DNA of 64,000 nucleotides from an uncultured Planctomycetales bacterium. GTDB taxonomy: Bacteria > Omnitrophota > Gorgyraeia > Gygaellales > Profunditerraquicolaceae. The translations under genes and the position numbers were made by a program. Location: contig CAYRUB010000008.1 of the NCBI GenBank assembly GCA_964427405.1, positions 31,428 through 95,427 of the forward strand. The letters run 5' to 3'. The number at the start of each line of letters is the position of its first letter. The first letter of the stretch is position 1. The notes beneath the pieces were generated by a model. The model was not told where the DNA came from and made no database searches. It was given only the letters and a program-made list of their open reading frames with translations. This document shows, in pieces, positions 19,137 through 28,601 of the stretch.

Positions 19137-20471
19137 CTACTGGCCAAGAGCCAAATACTCCTTGCCTTCCTTCCAGGGATTAAGATAACGTTCAATACTC
19201 AAACTGTTATCTTGAACCAAATCAACCAGGCGTTTTTTGTCAACAGGCGAGACTATCTCTATTTTTGGCCGGCGGATATCAGATTCATTCTCATCCCTGA
19301 CTAACGCGATACTGCCGTCATTTAACGCCACTACCGAGCCAATTGGCCAAAAACCCATAAATCTAAAGAATTTGTCCAGTAACTCCGGATCAAAGGCGCT
19401 TCCCCTGTCTTTGTTCATAATATTATAAACTACATCGGGGGAATAATCCTGCTTGTAGCCTCTCCTTTGCGAAAGGGCATCATAAACATCACAGATAGCG
19501 ACAATCGAAGAAACTATATGCTGTTTTCTCAATAAAGGCAGGCGGGGATATCCGGATGAGTCATATTTTAAATGGTGTTCGAAACTAACTACCACCGGCA
19601 GAATCCCCAGGCTATCGACATATTCAAACATAAACTCAGCGCCCAAAACCGTATGGCTCTTAATACGGTTAAACTCCTGCTCGCTAAGCTTATCCGGCTT
19701 ATGTAATGTCTTACGTGAAATATACAACTTGCCGATGTCATGGAAAAGGGCGGCCACGCCGATATCCAATATATCATTCTTTTCAAACCCCAGGCGCGAG
19801 GAAAAATACATGGCAAAAATGGAAACATTAAGCATGTGCACATAAATCTCAGCATCATATCTTTTTACCGTTGCTAATTTTAGCAACTCTTGACGCTGCG
19901 TGCCCAAACTATCGATAATGCTATTTAAGGAAAATTTAAGCCCTAGCGGATCAATCTTTTCAGAATTAAGCACGCTAGATAAAACCTGGCTAACCCTATC
20001 CACAGAAGAATTATAAAGCTCAAGCTGATTATCCGCTAAAAGATCCTTGTCCTTGCTGTCACCAACTTTCAGCTTACCTATGCTTATGTTTTTGACTCCA
20101 ATATGAGCCAACAACATCTGGGGATCTGTTTTAAAATCTTCTTTCGGGCCGGCAAGAAGACCCACGAATTTACTCAGTTCTTCTTTGTTTAATCCACGAT
20201 AAAAAGCAAGCCTTTCAATATTTCTCTCTTTTAAATACAGGATCGCCGATCTTAAAAGCTTACCTAAGTCAAAAAGAATCTCTTTTTCAAAAGCCAGTTC
20301 ATCCCCCACGATACCGATGACCATCTCCTGACGCTGTGCTAAAACATCCTCAAAAGCCACATACGCCTTATCCAGGGATTTCTGAAACATAGGATGTATT
20401 ATGCCGTACATCTTGGCAGTCTGAAGACAAGTGAGCAATTCTTTAAAAGCTTTTTCAACTTTAGCGAGCAT
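19137..20471 (-). CDS. HD-GYP domain cyclic-dinucleotide phosphodiesterase
   Basis: FHDIGK, EHHLKYDSSGYP, ICDVYDAL, FDPEL. Confidence 0.85.
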   Translation of the reverse strand: MLAKVEKAFKELLTCLQTAKMYGIIHPMFQKSLDKAYVAFEDVLAQRQEMVIGIVGDELAFEKEILFDLGKLLRSAILYLKERNIERLAFYRGLNKEELSKFVGLLAGPKEDFKTDPQMLLAHIGVKNISIGKLKVGDSKDKDLLADNQLELYNSSVDRVSQVLSSVLNSEKIDPLGLKFSLNSIIDSLGTQRQELLKLATVKRYDAEIYVHMLNVSIFAMYFSSRLGFEKNDILDIGVAALFHDIGKLYISRKTLHKPDKLSEQEFNRIKSHTVLGAEFMFEYVDSLGILPVVVSFEHHLKYDSSGYPRLPLLRKQHIVSSIVAICDVYDALSQRRGYKQDYSPDVVYNIMNKDRGSAFDPELLDKFFRFMGFWPIGSVVALNDGSIALVRDENESDIRRPKIEIVSPVDKKRLVDLVQDNSLSIERYLNPWKEGKEYLALGQ

Positions 20472-22389
20472 TCCACTCCTTTAATATTCCAGCCGCCTTA
20501 TTACGTAATTCCCTATTCCAGAAGAATTTCCTGCGGCTTAGTTGCCCGATATAACTAACTGCCTCAATAAACCGTAAATCAAAAGCAATCTGCATATTTT
20601 CAATAAGGAGCTTATTCTTGTTTCCTAAAAAGCTGTGGATTCCAAAGAGCAGATCTAAGGCATATTTTTTTGCCTGTGCGTCCAATATCAAAACAGAAAG
20701 CAGCCCATTTCTGAGTAACAACGAATTCGTATTGAACTGATGCGTAAGAAATGCAATATCCACTTTCTTTAATCTGCGCATGGCTTTTAATGCTTCAGAC
20801 TTAACCAATTCATTAGCGGAAAGATATATGTATTCTAACATGCTCAAAGTTACGGGCGTATCAATTTGGCCTAACGCATCGGTTAAGCTGCCAAGAAACT
20901 CTGTATCCTGAATTTTTTGATTCAATTTTTCATAAAAAGCTTTCAAGGCCCCCTGAAACAATCTTAAAAATAAACCTAAAACCTGCTTATTTACTTTTTC
21001 GGCGGTAAATATTTTATCCAGGTACAGGCCCGGCTCCTTGCTGGGAGAAGAAACCATCTCCAAAAGAAATTCCTGCTCAGAAGTAAGGAAACCGTTTAAA
21101 ACAATATTTTCAACAAAAGAAGAATAACTCCTTTCAAGATCAATACATGCTTTTATACCCTCTCCCTTTCTTTTGGCTAACACTCCCCAGAGATCTTTTA
21201 AGAAAACAACATTATTCTCCTCAAATACGCCAGCTAACTCTTTCTCTAAAATCTCTGCTGCCATTGTCAGGGTACCTGGGTTTTGATCGGTTGCAAATAC
21301 GCCTAAAACTATATAACGGTAATTTTCCCTGAGCATCTTATGGTCAAAAATAAGCTTGCCGGAAAAAGTGATCCCCTTGATCAAAGATTCAAGCGTATTA
21401 CGGTATACCGCAGAGAGAGGATCATCCTGAGCGGTACTTAATAAATTCCTAATTTTCTTTACTACCCCAGGGTTATCCCTTAAGTCCTGCGTTTCATTTA
21501 TTTTATTGAAAAATTTCTCGGTGATCTTGAGGGAATTTTTCTGTTCGGAAATCTTGGAAAAAAGCTGCAGGCTCAAAGTATCAAAATTATCCTCCTGCAT
21601 AAACCCTTCCTGGAGGAGGGCGCTAAAATCCTCCTGGCTTAAACCATTAAAAACCGGTTTGAGCCTTACCAATTTTTCCTGACTAAGGGTTTTTTTATTG
21701 CGCAGAAGCCAAAGAAAAACATCTTGCGTACATTTATCAAACTTTTCTTTATTTTTACCTCTTAAACAATCTAAAAACTCATTGACTTCGGAAGAAATGC
21801 CTTCGGCATCAAGAAGTTCTTTTTCACTGACCCGATTAATAAACGAGCCAAAATCATCCGCCAACTGCCCCAGCTTAACCGCATCATTGCTATGCACGGC
21901 ATATTTAAGCATATAGCCCCAGACATCGGCACACTCCTGGCCTTCCCCATGCAAAAATGCAGAATAATCCAGCTCATCTACCGTAAAATTAGTAAGTTGC
22001 TTTTTCTCTAAAAGCGCATTAATCCCGCCGTTTTTAAAAATATCCTTTTGTGGCAACGAAATTACAGAAAGAAGCTGAATTAACTCCTGAAGGATTACCC
22101 CATTCCTGATTTCTATATTTTTTATTTTACGCTGATGCAATAGACGGGCTAATTCGTCATAGAAACCGACTCTCGTAAGGATCTTTCCATCAACTACAAG
22201 TCCTGAATTAGTTACCCCGATTTTAAGCGGATTTAGAACAGCGAGGATAAGTTCAAGCTTAAGCTTAAGGTTCTCTACGGATTTAATAAAATAAGGATGG
22301 TCCTTGGGGTAAGAAAAAGCGTTGGTAAGCGCAACTTTTAAGCTGCGGAAAAAATCTTCAATTATTTGATCTTTATTCACAGAAGACAT
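20461..22389 (-). CDS. large alpha-helical hypothetical protein (HEAT-like), overlapping the HD-GYP gene
   Basis: N-terminal YPKDHP segment resembles the N-terminus of the HD-GYP protein (YGIIHP); no catalytic motif recognised. Confidence 0.6.
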   Translation of the reverse strand: MSSVNKDQIIEDFFRSLKVALTNAFSYPKDHPYFIKSVENLKLKLELILAVLNPLKIGVTNSGLVVDGKILTRVGFYDELARLLHQRKIKNIEIRNGVILQELIQLLSVISLPQKDIFKNGGINALLEKKQLTNFTVDELDYSAFLHGEGQECADVWGYMLKYAVHSNDAVKLGQLADDFGSFINRVSEKELLDAEGISSEVNEFLDCLRGKNKEKFDKCTQDVFLWLLRNKKTLSQEKLVRLKPVFNGLSQEDFSALLQEGFMQEDNFDTLSLQLFSKISEQKNSLKITEKFFNKINETQDLRDNPGVVKKIRNLLSTAQDDPLSAVYRNTLESLIKGITFSGKLIFDHKMLRENYRYIVLGVFATDQNPGTLTMAAEILEKELAGVFEENNVVFLKDLWGVLAKRKGEGIKACIDLERSYSSFVENIVLNGFLTSEQEFLLEMVSSPSKEPGLYLDKIFTAEKVNKQVLGLFLRLFQGALKAFYEKLNQKIQDTEFLGSLTDALGQIDTPVTLSMLEYIYLSANELVKSEALKAMRRLKKVDIAFLTHQFNTNSLLLRNGLLSVLILDAQAKKYALDLLFGIHSFLGNKNKLLIENMQIAFDLRFIEAVSYIGQLSRRKFFWNRELRNKAAGILKEWNAR

Positions 22390-22423
22390 TTTACAACTTT
22401 AATATTCAGCTTGCAACTAATTT

Positions 22424-22476
22424 AATAGGGACAGCGACCATTTATTAAAGCTGACTAAATGTTCACTGTCCCTATT
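22424..22476. repeat. GGGACAG/CTGTCCC REP-like hairpin, family 4
   Basis: AATAGGGACAG...CTGTCCCTATT; second copy at 30398-30434. Confidence 0.6.
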
Positions 22477-22506
22477 TAACAGGCAATTTCTGAGCTATTC
22501 TCTTAC

Positions 22507-23844
22507 TTATACCAAGCCCTGATCAAGCATGGCATCGGCTACCTTAACAAACCCGGCAATATTTGCTCCATTAACATAATTAACATGCCCGGCTTCCTTG
22601 CCATATTTAACACACTGCTCATGTATAGCAATCATTATATCATGCAACCTTTTATCCACTTCTTCGCGTGTCCAAGATAACCTGGCACTATTCTGGCTCA
22701 TTTCAAGGCCGGAAGTAGCTACGCCGCCGGCATTTGAAGCCTTGCCAGGGGCATAAAGGATCTTAGCCTTCTGGAATACTTCAACCCCTTCCGGAGTTGT
22801 GGGCATATTCGCACCCTCAGCAACAGCGATACAACCATTTTTCACTAAAGCCTTGGCATCATTCTCATCTATTTCATTCTGAGTAGCAGAAGGAAAGGCA
22901 ACATCGCATTTTACATTCCATGGCCTCTGTTTCTCAAAATATTTACAATTAAACTCTTTGGCGCATTCCTTAATCCTGCCGCGCTTAACGTTCTTCAATT
23001 GCAAAACGCAATTAAGTTCTTTCTTGTCAATACCATCTTTATCGTAAATATAACCGTCGGAATCAGACAGGGTTACCACTTTAGCCCCCATCTGTATAAG
23101 CTTCTCTACGGTATATTGAGCCACATTACCCGAACCAGATACCGCGCAGGTTTTTCCTTTTAAGGAATCGCCTTTAGTCTTAAGCATCTCTTCCGCGAAA
23201 TATACGCAGCCATAGCCGGTAGCTTCCGGTCTGATCAAACTGCCGCCCCAGTTAAGGCCTTTACCTGTAAGCACACCTGAGAATTCATTACGTAATCTCT
23301 TATATTGCCCGAATAGATAACCAATCTCGCGGCCGCCGGTGCCGATATCTCCGGCAGGCACATCAGTATTAGGTCCGATATGGCGGAAAAGCTCGGTCAT
23401 AAAACTCTGACAGAACTTCATTACTTCATTATCCGACTTACCCTTAGGATCAAAATCTGATCCGCCTTTTGCCCCGCCCATTGGTAAAGTGGTAAGCGCG
23501 TTCTTAAAAACCTGTTCAAAAGCCAGGAATTTCAATATCCCTATATTCACGCTCGGATGTAAACGTATTCCGCCTTTATAAGGGCCGATGGCGCTGTTCA
23601 TCTGGATACGAAAACCGCGGTTAATCTGAAACTCTCCCTGATCATCAAGCCAGGGAACGCGGAATATAATTGTCCTTTCCGGTTCAATCATTCTTTCCAA
23701 TATCTTGGCTTTCTGATATTTAGGGTTTTTCTCAATAAAAGGCATTACCGATTCCACAACCTCCCGCACCGCCTGATGAAACTCTGTTTCACCGGGGTTC
23801 CTCTTTGCAACTAAATCCATAAACTCTTCAGTCTTCTTTGACAT
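22507..23844 (-). CDS. gdhA: NADP-type glutamate dehydrogenase
   Basis: GPYKGG, LPMGGAKGGSDFDPK, DVPAGDIG, RPEATGYG, GSGNVA; ATG at 23844 after AAAGGAG. Confidence 0.95.
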   Translation of the reverse strand: MSKKTEEFMDLVAKRNPGETEFHQAVREVVESVMPFIEKNPKYQKAKILERMIEPERTIIFRVPWLDDQGEFQINRGFRIQMNSAIGPYKGGIRLHPSVNIGILKFLAFEQVFKNALTTLPMGGAKGGSDFDPKGKSDNEVMKFCQSFMTELFRHIGPNTDVPAGDIGTGGREIGYLFGQYKRLRNEFSGVLTGKGLNWGGSLIRPEATGYGCVYFAEEMLKTKGDSLKGKTCAVSGSGNVAQYTVEKLIQMGAKVVTLSDSDGYIYDKDGIDKKELNCVLQLKNVKRGRIKECAKEFNCKYFEKQRPWNVKCDVAFPSATQNEIDENDAKALVKNGCIAVAEGANMPTTPEGVEVFQKAKILYAPGKASNAGGVATSGLEMSQNSARLSWTREEVDKRLHDIMIAIHEQCVKYGKEAGHVNYVNGANIAGFVKVADAMLDQGLV

Positions 23845-23857
23845 TATTATTCTCCTT

Positions 23858-23947
23858 TCCCGCAAGGGAACACCCGCGCAATTGCGCTACCTAGCGCACA
23901 CCGACGCAATACCTATTGGCGTCGAGTGATTGTCAGCGCGGGGTGTT
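23858..23947. repeat. family 3 palindromic element, branched form
   Basis: CCCGCAAGGG hairpin, then AACACCCGCGC...GCGCGGGGTGTT enclosing TGCGCTA/TAGCGCA and CGACGC/GCGTCG hairpins. Confidence 0.7.
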
Positions 23948-25364
23948 ATTTAGAAAGCTCATCTATTATTGCCCTGGAGGCTTTCTTAGCCATTCCCATG
24001 GCCTCAATAACAGTACCCTCCCCGCCAACAATATCTCCGCCGGCAAAAACACCTTTAATGGAACTTTCCATGCTTTCAGAGTCCACGATGACATCTGAAT
24101 ATTTATCGGTCTTTAGTTCCGGCGTAGCGTTGATCAGGATCTGGTTTGCTTTCAAGCCTACTGCTATCACGCATAAATCACAATCAAGTTCAAACTCGCT
24201 TCCTTCAATAATAACCGGCCTTCTCCTGCCCGAGCTATCCGGCTCGCCTAATTTTGACCTCAGGCAAATCAATTTCTTGACAAATCCCTGCTCGTCCCCG
24301 ATAAATTCTTTTGGCTGGACCAGAAATTCAAATTTTATCCCCTCTTCCCTGGCATGCTCTATTTCCAGCCGCCGGGCAGGCATTTCAATCTCCGTGCGCC
24401 GATAGATAACCGTAGTATTAAGCGCAAAGCCTTTTATCTTCTGCAGCCTTAGAGCAACCCTGGCAGAATCCATAGCGGTATTTCCACCGCCAACAATCAA
24501 AACATTCTTGCCTATATTAACCGGCGTGTGAAATTCTGGGAATTTATACGCAGACATTAAGTTTACCCGAGTAAGAAATTCATTTACCGAATAAATATTA
24601 CAAAGGTTTTCGCCGCCGATCCCCAAAAAAGAAGGCACTCCGGCTCCCAACCCCAGGAATACTTTTGAGTAACCCTGAGCAAACAATTCCTTAATCGTCC
24701 TGGCTTTTCCCACAAGGAAATTAGTAATAAAATTTACCCCTAATTTCTTCAGGTAATTTATTTCAAAATCCAGGACATCCCAGGGCAGCCTGAATGGCGG
24801 AATACCATATCTTAAGACGCCGCCGGTTTTGTGCAGGCTTTCAAAGATATCAACTTTTATGCCTTTACGGGCTAATTCTCCGGCGCAGCATAATCCTGCA
24901 GGGCCTGACCCAACCACCGCTACTTTAAATTTAGAAAACTTTTCCTCTTTCTCCACCGGAACATCCAAATTATTATTTTTACCGTAATCTCCCGCAAAAC
25001 GCTCCAGGAAATGAATATTGATTGCCTGCTCCGATGCAAAAGGCGAGCCTTTTTTAGTAAGAATGCAGGCCTTGCGACACTGATATTCAGCAGGGCAAAC
25101 CCTACCGCAAATAGAAGGGAAATTACTCTTCTCTCTGATGGCAAAATAGGCAGAACGGTAATCTTTTTGAGTAATATGGTAAATGAATTTCTTTATATCA
25201 ATACCCACCGGGCAGCCGCTGCTGCAAAGAGGATTCTTGCACTGCAGGCACCTTGAGGCTTCCAATAAAGCCTCTTCTTCAGAGTAGCCTTTAACTACCT
25301 CCTCAAAATTACCTACCCTTATTTCTGCGCTTGCCTCTCTAACTTTTACCGGTTCTTTTTTCAT
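23946..25364 (-). CDS. nfnB: NfnB/GltD-like large subunit of electron-bifurcating NADH-dependent ferredoxin:NADP+ oxidoreductase
   Basis: RCLQCKNPLCSSGCPV, CGRVCP, GSGPAGL, GGGNTAMDSAR, YRRT, FAGGD; likely start ATG 25364. Confidence 0.85.
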   Translation of the reverse strand: MKKEPVKVREASAEIRVGNFEEVVKGYSEEEALLEASRCLQCKNPLCSSGCPVGIDIKKFIYHITQKDYRSAYFAIREKSNFPSICGRVCPAEYQCRKACILTKKGSPFASEQAINIHFLERFAGDYGKNNNLDVPVEKEEKFSKFKVAVVGSGPAGLCCAGELARKGIKVDIFESLHKTGGVLRYGIPPFRLPWDVLDFEINYLKKLGVNFITNFLVGKARTIKELFAQGYSKVFLGLGAGVPSFLGIGGENLCNIYSVNEFLTRVNLMSAYKFPEFHTPVNIGKNVLIVGGGNTAMDSARVALRLQKIKGFALNTTVIYRRTEIEMPARRLEIEHAREEGIKFEFLVQPKEFIGDEQGFVKKLICLRSKLGEPDSSGRRRPVIIEGSEFELDCDLCVIAVGLKANQILINATPELKTDKYSDVIVDSESMESSIKGVFAGGDIVGGEGTVIEAMGMAKKASRAIIDELSK

Positions 25365-25368
25365 AAAT

Positions 25369-26199
25369 TTAAGATGCTGGAAAAAGGTTACAGATATGTT
25401 TTTCCTGAAGGCTATAAACTTTATTTCTCTTCTCCAGTTCTTCCCAATCAACTCCGTGGCCGTCAAAATCCGGGCCGTCAACACAACTGAATTTTACCTT
25501 ACCCGATACACTCACCCGGCAGCAGCCGCACATACCGGTAGCATCAACCATCAGCGCGTTGAGCGAAACTAAAGTTTTAGTATTATATTCTTTACTAACC
25601 AGCGCCACTCTTTTCATCATAGGAATAGGCCCGACAGAATAAATCAAATCATATTTATCTTTACTCAAAAGCTCCTTTAGCATATCAGTGGTAAAACCTT
25701 TCCTCCCGTAAGAACCATCATCAGTCATAATATAAATCTGATCCGATGCGCTTTTAAGTTCAGCTTCCAGTATAAGCAGGTCTTTATTCCTGGAACCAAG
25801 AATAGTTGTAATATGATTGCCCGCCTCTTTTAATGCGCGGGCAACCGGCAGAATTTCGGCAATCCCTACGCCTCCGCCGACTAAGATTACTTTCCCAAAC
25901 TTTTTTATTTCCGTAGGATGCCCCAAAGGCCCGACCAAAGAGTAAAGTGTATCACCGGGATTTAATTTGCCCAAGCTCTTAGTAGTAAAACCTGCCTCTT
26001 GAAAAATAAGACTCACGACCCCTTTAGTTTTATCGGTATTTACCAAAGTTAAAGGGATTCTCTCGCCTTTTTCGCTAGCCATTAACATCACAAATTGGCC
26101 CGGCAAAGCTTTAGAGGCAATATCACTGGATGCGATATCCAGCTGGGTAATCTTTACGCCGCCAACATCATTAATAACCTTCTTATTGATTATTTTCAT
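25369..26199 (-). CDS. nfnA: NfnA small subunit (PyrK/SudB-like)
   Basis: PGQFV, GERIPLT, GPLG, GGGVG, TDDGSYG, MVDATGMCGCCRV, CVDGPDF. Confidence 0.9.
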   Translation of the reverse strand: MKIINKKVINDVGGVKITQLDIASSDIASKALPGQFVMLMASEKGERIPLTLVNTDKTKGVVSLIFQEAGFTTKSLGKLNPGDTLYSLVGPLGHPTEIKKFGKVILVGGGVGIAEILPVARALKEAGNHITTILGSRNKDLLILEAELKSASDQIYIMTDDGSYGRKGFTTDMLKELLSKDKYDLIYSVGPIPMMKRVALVSKEYNTKTLVSLNALMVDATGMCGCCRVSVSGKVKFSCVDGPDFDGHGVDWEELEKRNKVYSLQEKHICNLFPAS

Positions 26200-26236
26200 A
26201 TCTGATTCTGCCTAATTATTATGCAGTAGTAGTGAT

Positions 26237-26287
26237 AAAAAAAGACGCCCCAAACAACTGTCTGGACGTCTCTGTCCCCCGTTGAAC
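26237..26287 (-). promoter_or_regulatory. candidate ANTAR-type attenuator upstream of nfnAB-gdhA
   Basis: Hexaloop hairpins GTTC-AACGGG-GGAC and GGAC-AGAGAC-GTCC (A1/G4); the second overlaps terminator AGACGTCCAGACA...TGTTTGGGGCGTCT-TTTTTT. Confidence 0.5.
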
Positions 26288-26317
26288 CAAATCTCCGTTA
26301 TATTATTACCTATCAGC

Positions 26318-27538
26318 TTATTTGTCAAGATTTATCTTAACCAGGCCGCCTTTAAACGGTTCGATTACCCGCTCAAGGATACCGGAAAGATAGGCCATCA
26401 GCACGCCATAATTAGTAATCGGCACACCTGCGGCTTTGGCCTTTTCAATACGGTGCATAATTTCCCTGCGGTTAACCATACAGCCTCCGCAGGAAATAAT
26501 CAGTTTATACCTGCTTAGCCCTTCAGGAAAATCCCCTCCTGCAGTAACTTCATAATGCAAATCTTTCTTGGTATAATTCAATAGCCAGGTAGGGATCTTG
26601 GTGCGTCCAATATCCTCCGGCTGCACGTGATGCGTACAGGCCTCGGCAATTAAAATCTCATCGCCATCTTTTAATTCTTCCAAAGCATAAACACCCTGGA
26701 TATAAGCGTTGAGGTCACCCTTATGCCTGGCAAAAACCGTGGAGAAAGAGGTTAAAGGTATATCTTGAGGCAGCATATCGCGCACATCCTCAAAAACCTG
26801 TGAATCAGTAATTACTAATCGCGGCTTTTCTTTTAGCGCTTTAAGACAATCCAATAATTCCGTCTCTTTTGTAACCAGGGCTGTAGCGTTATTATCCAGG
26901 CAATCGCGCATAACCTGCACTTGAGGAAGAATTAACCTGCCCTGAGGCATAGCGTTGTCTATGGGACAGACCAAAACAACCACATCCTTAGGCTTAATTA
27001 TATCTCCTACCAGAGGGATAGGCGACCAATGCCCGGGAGCCAACTCCATAATTTTTGCCTTTAACTCTTTAATCCCTTGCCCTGTCTTAGAACTTACTTT
27101 TATAAAAGCAAGCTTGTTATTTTCTAAATAATCCTGCGCTGCTTTTCCGGCTAATTCAGATTTATTAATTATAAACAAAAACGGCAGCTTTTTGCCCTGA
27201 AAAGTCTTAATCAAATCTTCTTCAAAATTATCAATCAACGTATCCGGCTGGACAACAATCAAACCTACATCGGTTTTCCTTAATACCACTAGCGTTCTTT
27301 TGACTCTTTCCTCTCCCAGAACCCCCTGATCGTCAATGCCGGCAGTATCAATTAACATGCATGGGCCGATAGGCAGAATTTCCATTGCCTTATAAACCGG
27401 ATCCGTGGTTGTTCCGGCAACATCAGAAACAATTGCCGTATCCTGGCCGGTGAACGCATTAATCAAACTGGATTTTCCTGTGTTTCTTTTGCCGAATATG
27501 CCTATATGCAACCTGTTGCTTGCCGGTGTCCTATACAT
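26318..27538 (-). CDS. hydF: [FeFe]-hydrogenase maturation GTPase HydF
   Basis: GKRNTGKSS, DTAG, NKSE, GRLILPQ, EACTHH, CGGCM. Confidence 0.95.
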   Translation of the reverse strand: MYRTPASNRLHIGIFGKRNTGKSSLINAFTGQDTAIVSDVAGTTTDPVYKAMEILPIGPCMLIDTAGIDDQGVLGEERVKRTLVVLRKTDVGLIVVQPDTLIDNFEEDLIKTFQGKKLPFLFIINKSELAGKAAQDYLENNKLAFIKVSSKTGQGIKELKAKIMELAPGHWSPIPLVGDIIKPKDVVVLVCPIDNAMPQGRLILPQVQVMRDCLDNNATALVTKETELLDCLKALKEKPRLVITDSQVFEDVRDMLPQDIPLTSFSTVFARHKGDLNAYIQGVYALEELKDGDEILIAEACTHHVQPEDIGRTKIPTWLLNYTKKDLHYEVTAGGDFPEGLSRYKLIISCGGCMVNRREIMHRIEKAKAAGVPITNYGVLMAYLSGILERVIEPFKGGLVKINLDK

Positions 27539-28601
27539 TCGAATCCACCCTTCCTTGTTTTAAAGAATCAGCTTTTGAATAATCAATAAACCTGCCCAAA
27601 TCTTTAGCCATACCATCCATACAAAAATTACACGCACCTACCGGTTCATTAACGCATTTTTTCTGTGGATATATCTCATAAAGTTTACGATATGGCTGCG
27701 GAGTAAAACTCGGCATTAAAACATTTGCCCCGCATCTTAAACCATCTACCCTGTAATCTTTATCCAGGCTCCCCAAGGCGGTAGTAGCAGGAATATGTGC
27801 ATTTTTAGTGACTATGCGGGTTAAGGCAATAGTTTTTAAACTAAGCAGCGCATCACCTTTTTGCTGACCGGCAAACTGAGTATCCTGATGTGGGATAAAC
27901 GGGCCTATGCCGATCATATCAAAATCACCACGCTTAAAAAATATAATATCCTGCGCAATCGTTTTTAAAGTTTGCCCGGGGAGGCCGATAATATTACCCG
28001 AACCAACCTGATAGCCTAATTTTTTTAAAACCCGCAGGCAATCTAGGCGCTGTTTGAAATCCATTTGCGGATGCATAGATGAATATAAGGCTCCATCGGA
28101 GGTTTCTATTTTTAATAAATACCGGTCAGCCCCGGCCTCCCTCCAGACCTTGTAATCAAGCGCGCTTCTTTCGCCGACGGCAAGGGTGATTGCTATATCA
28201 AAACTGGATTTTATTTCCCGGATAATATCTCTTAACCACGGGATATCCAGGCCGCTATCTTCTCCAGACTGTAAAACTACAGTCTTAATATTACACAAGG
28301 CAAGATACCCAACCGCCTTAAGTAGTTCATCCTTATTCATCCGGTAACGCTCCAATTTACGGTTATTTTTATTCAAGCCGCAATAGAAACACTCCCGGAA
28401 ACAAAAGTTAGAAAATTCTATTATCCCCCGCAAAACAATGCCATCGCCGCAAAACTTTTTTCTTATGTTATCGGCAAAGAAAAATAGTTCATTTAACTCA
28501 TCCTTGCCGCTTAAAGATAAAATCTGCCCTAAATCTTCAAGGTCAGGTAAAGGAGCGTTATGAACTCTATTTAAACACTCATTTAGCTTAGACATACTCA
28601 T
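27531..28601 (-). CDS. hydE: radical SAM maturase HydE
   Basis: RGIIEFSNFCFRECFYCGL, VLQSGED, GIGPFIPH, YEIYP; start may be 28595. Confidence 0.93.
   Translation of the reverse strand: MSMSKLNECLNRVHNAPLPDLEDLGQILSLSGKDELNELFFFADNIRKKFCGDGIVLRGIIEFSNFCFRECFYCGLNKNNRKLERYRMNKDELLKAVGYLALCNIKTVVLQSGEDSGLDIPWLRDIIREIKSSFDIAITLAVGERSALDYKVWREAGADRYLLKIETSDGALYSSMHPQMDFKQRLDCLRVLKKLGYQVGSGNIIGLPGQTLKTIAQDIIFFKRGDFDMIGIGPFIPHQDTQFAGQQKGDALLSLKTIALTRIVTKNAHIPATTALGSLDKDYRVDGLRCGANVLMPSFTPQPYRKLYEIYPQKKCVNEPVGACNFCMDGMAKDLGRFIDYSKADSLKQGRVDSNV

Noticed and set aside
25365-25484. 40-aa N-terminal extension of nfnB (also the extensions on rpsB, gdhA, atpZ and the gnnA-like gene)
   Set aside because: Longest-ORF artefacts; downstream starts fit RBS position and typical homolog lengths better
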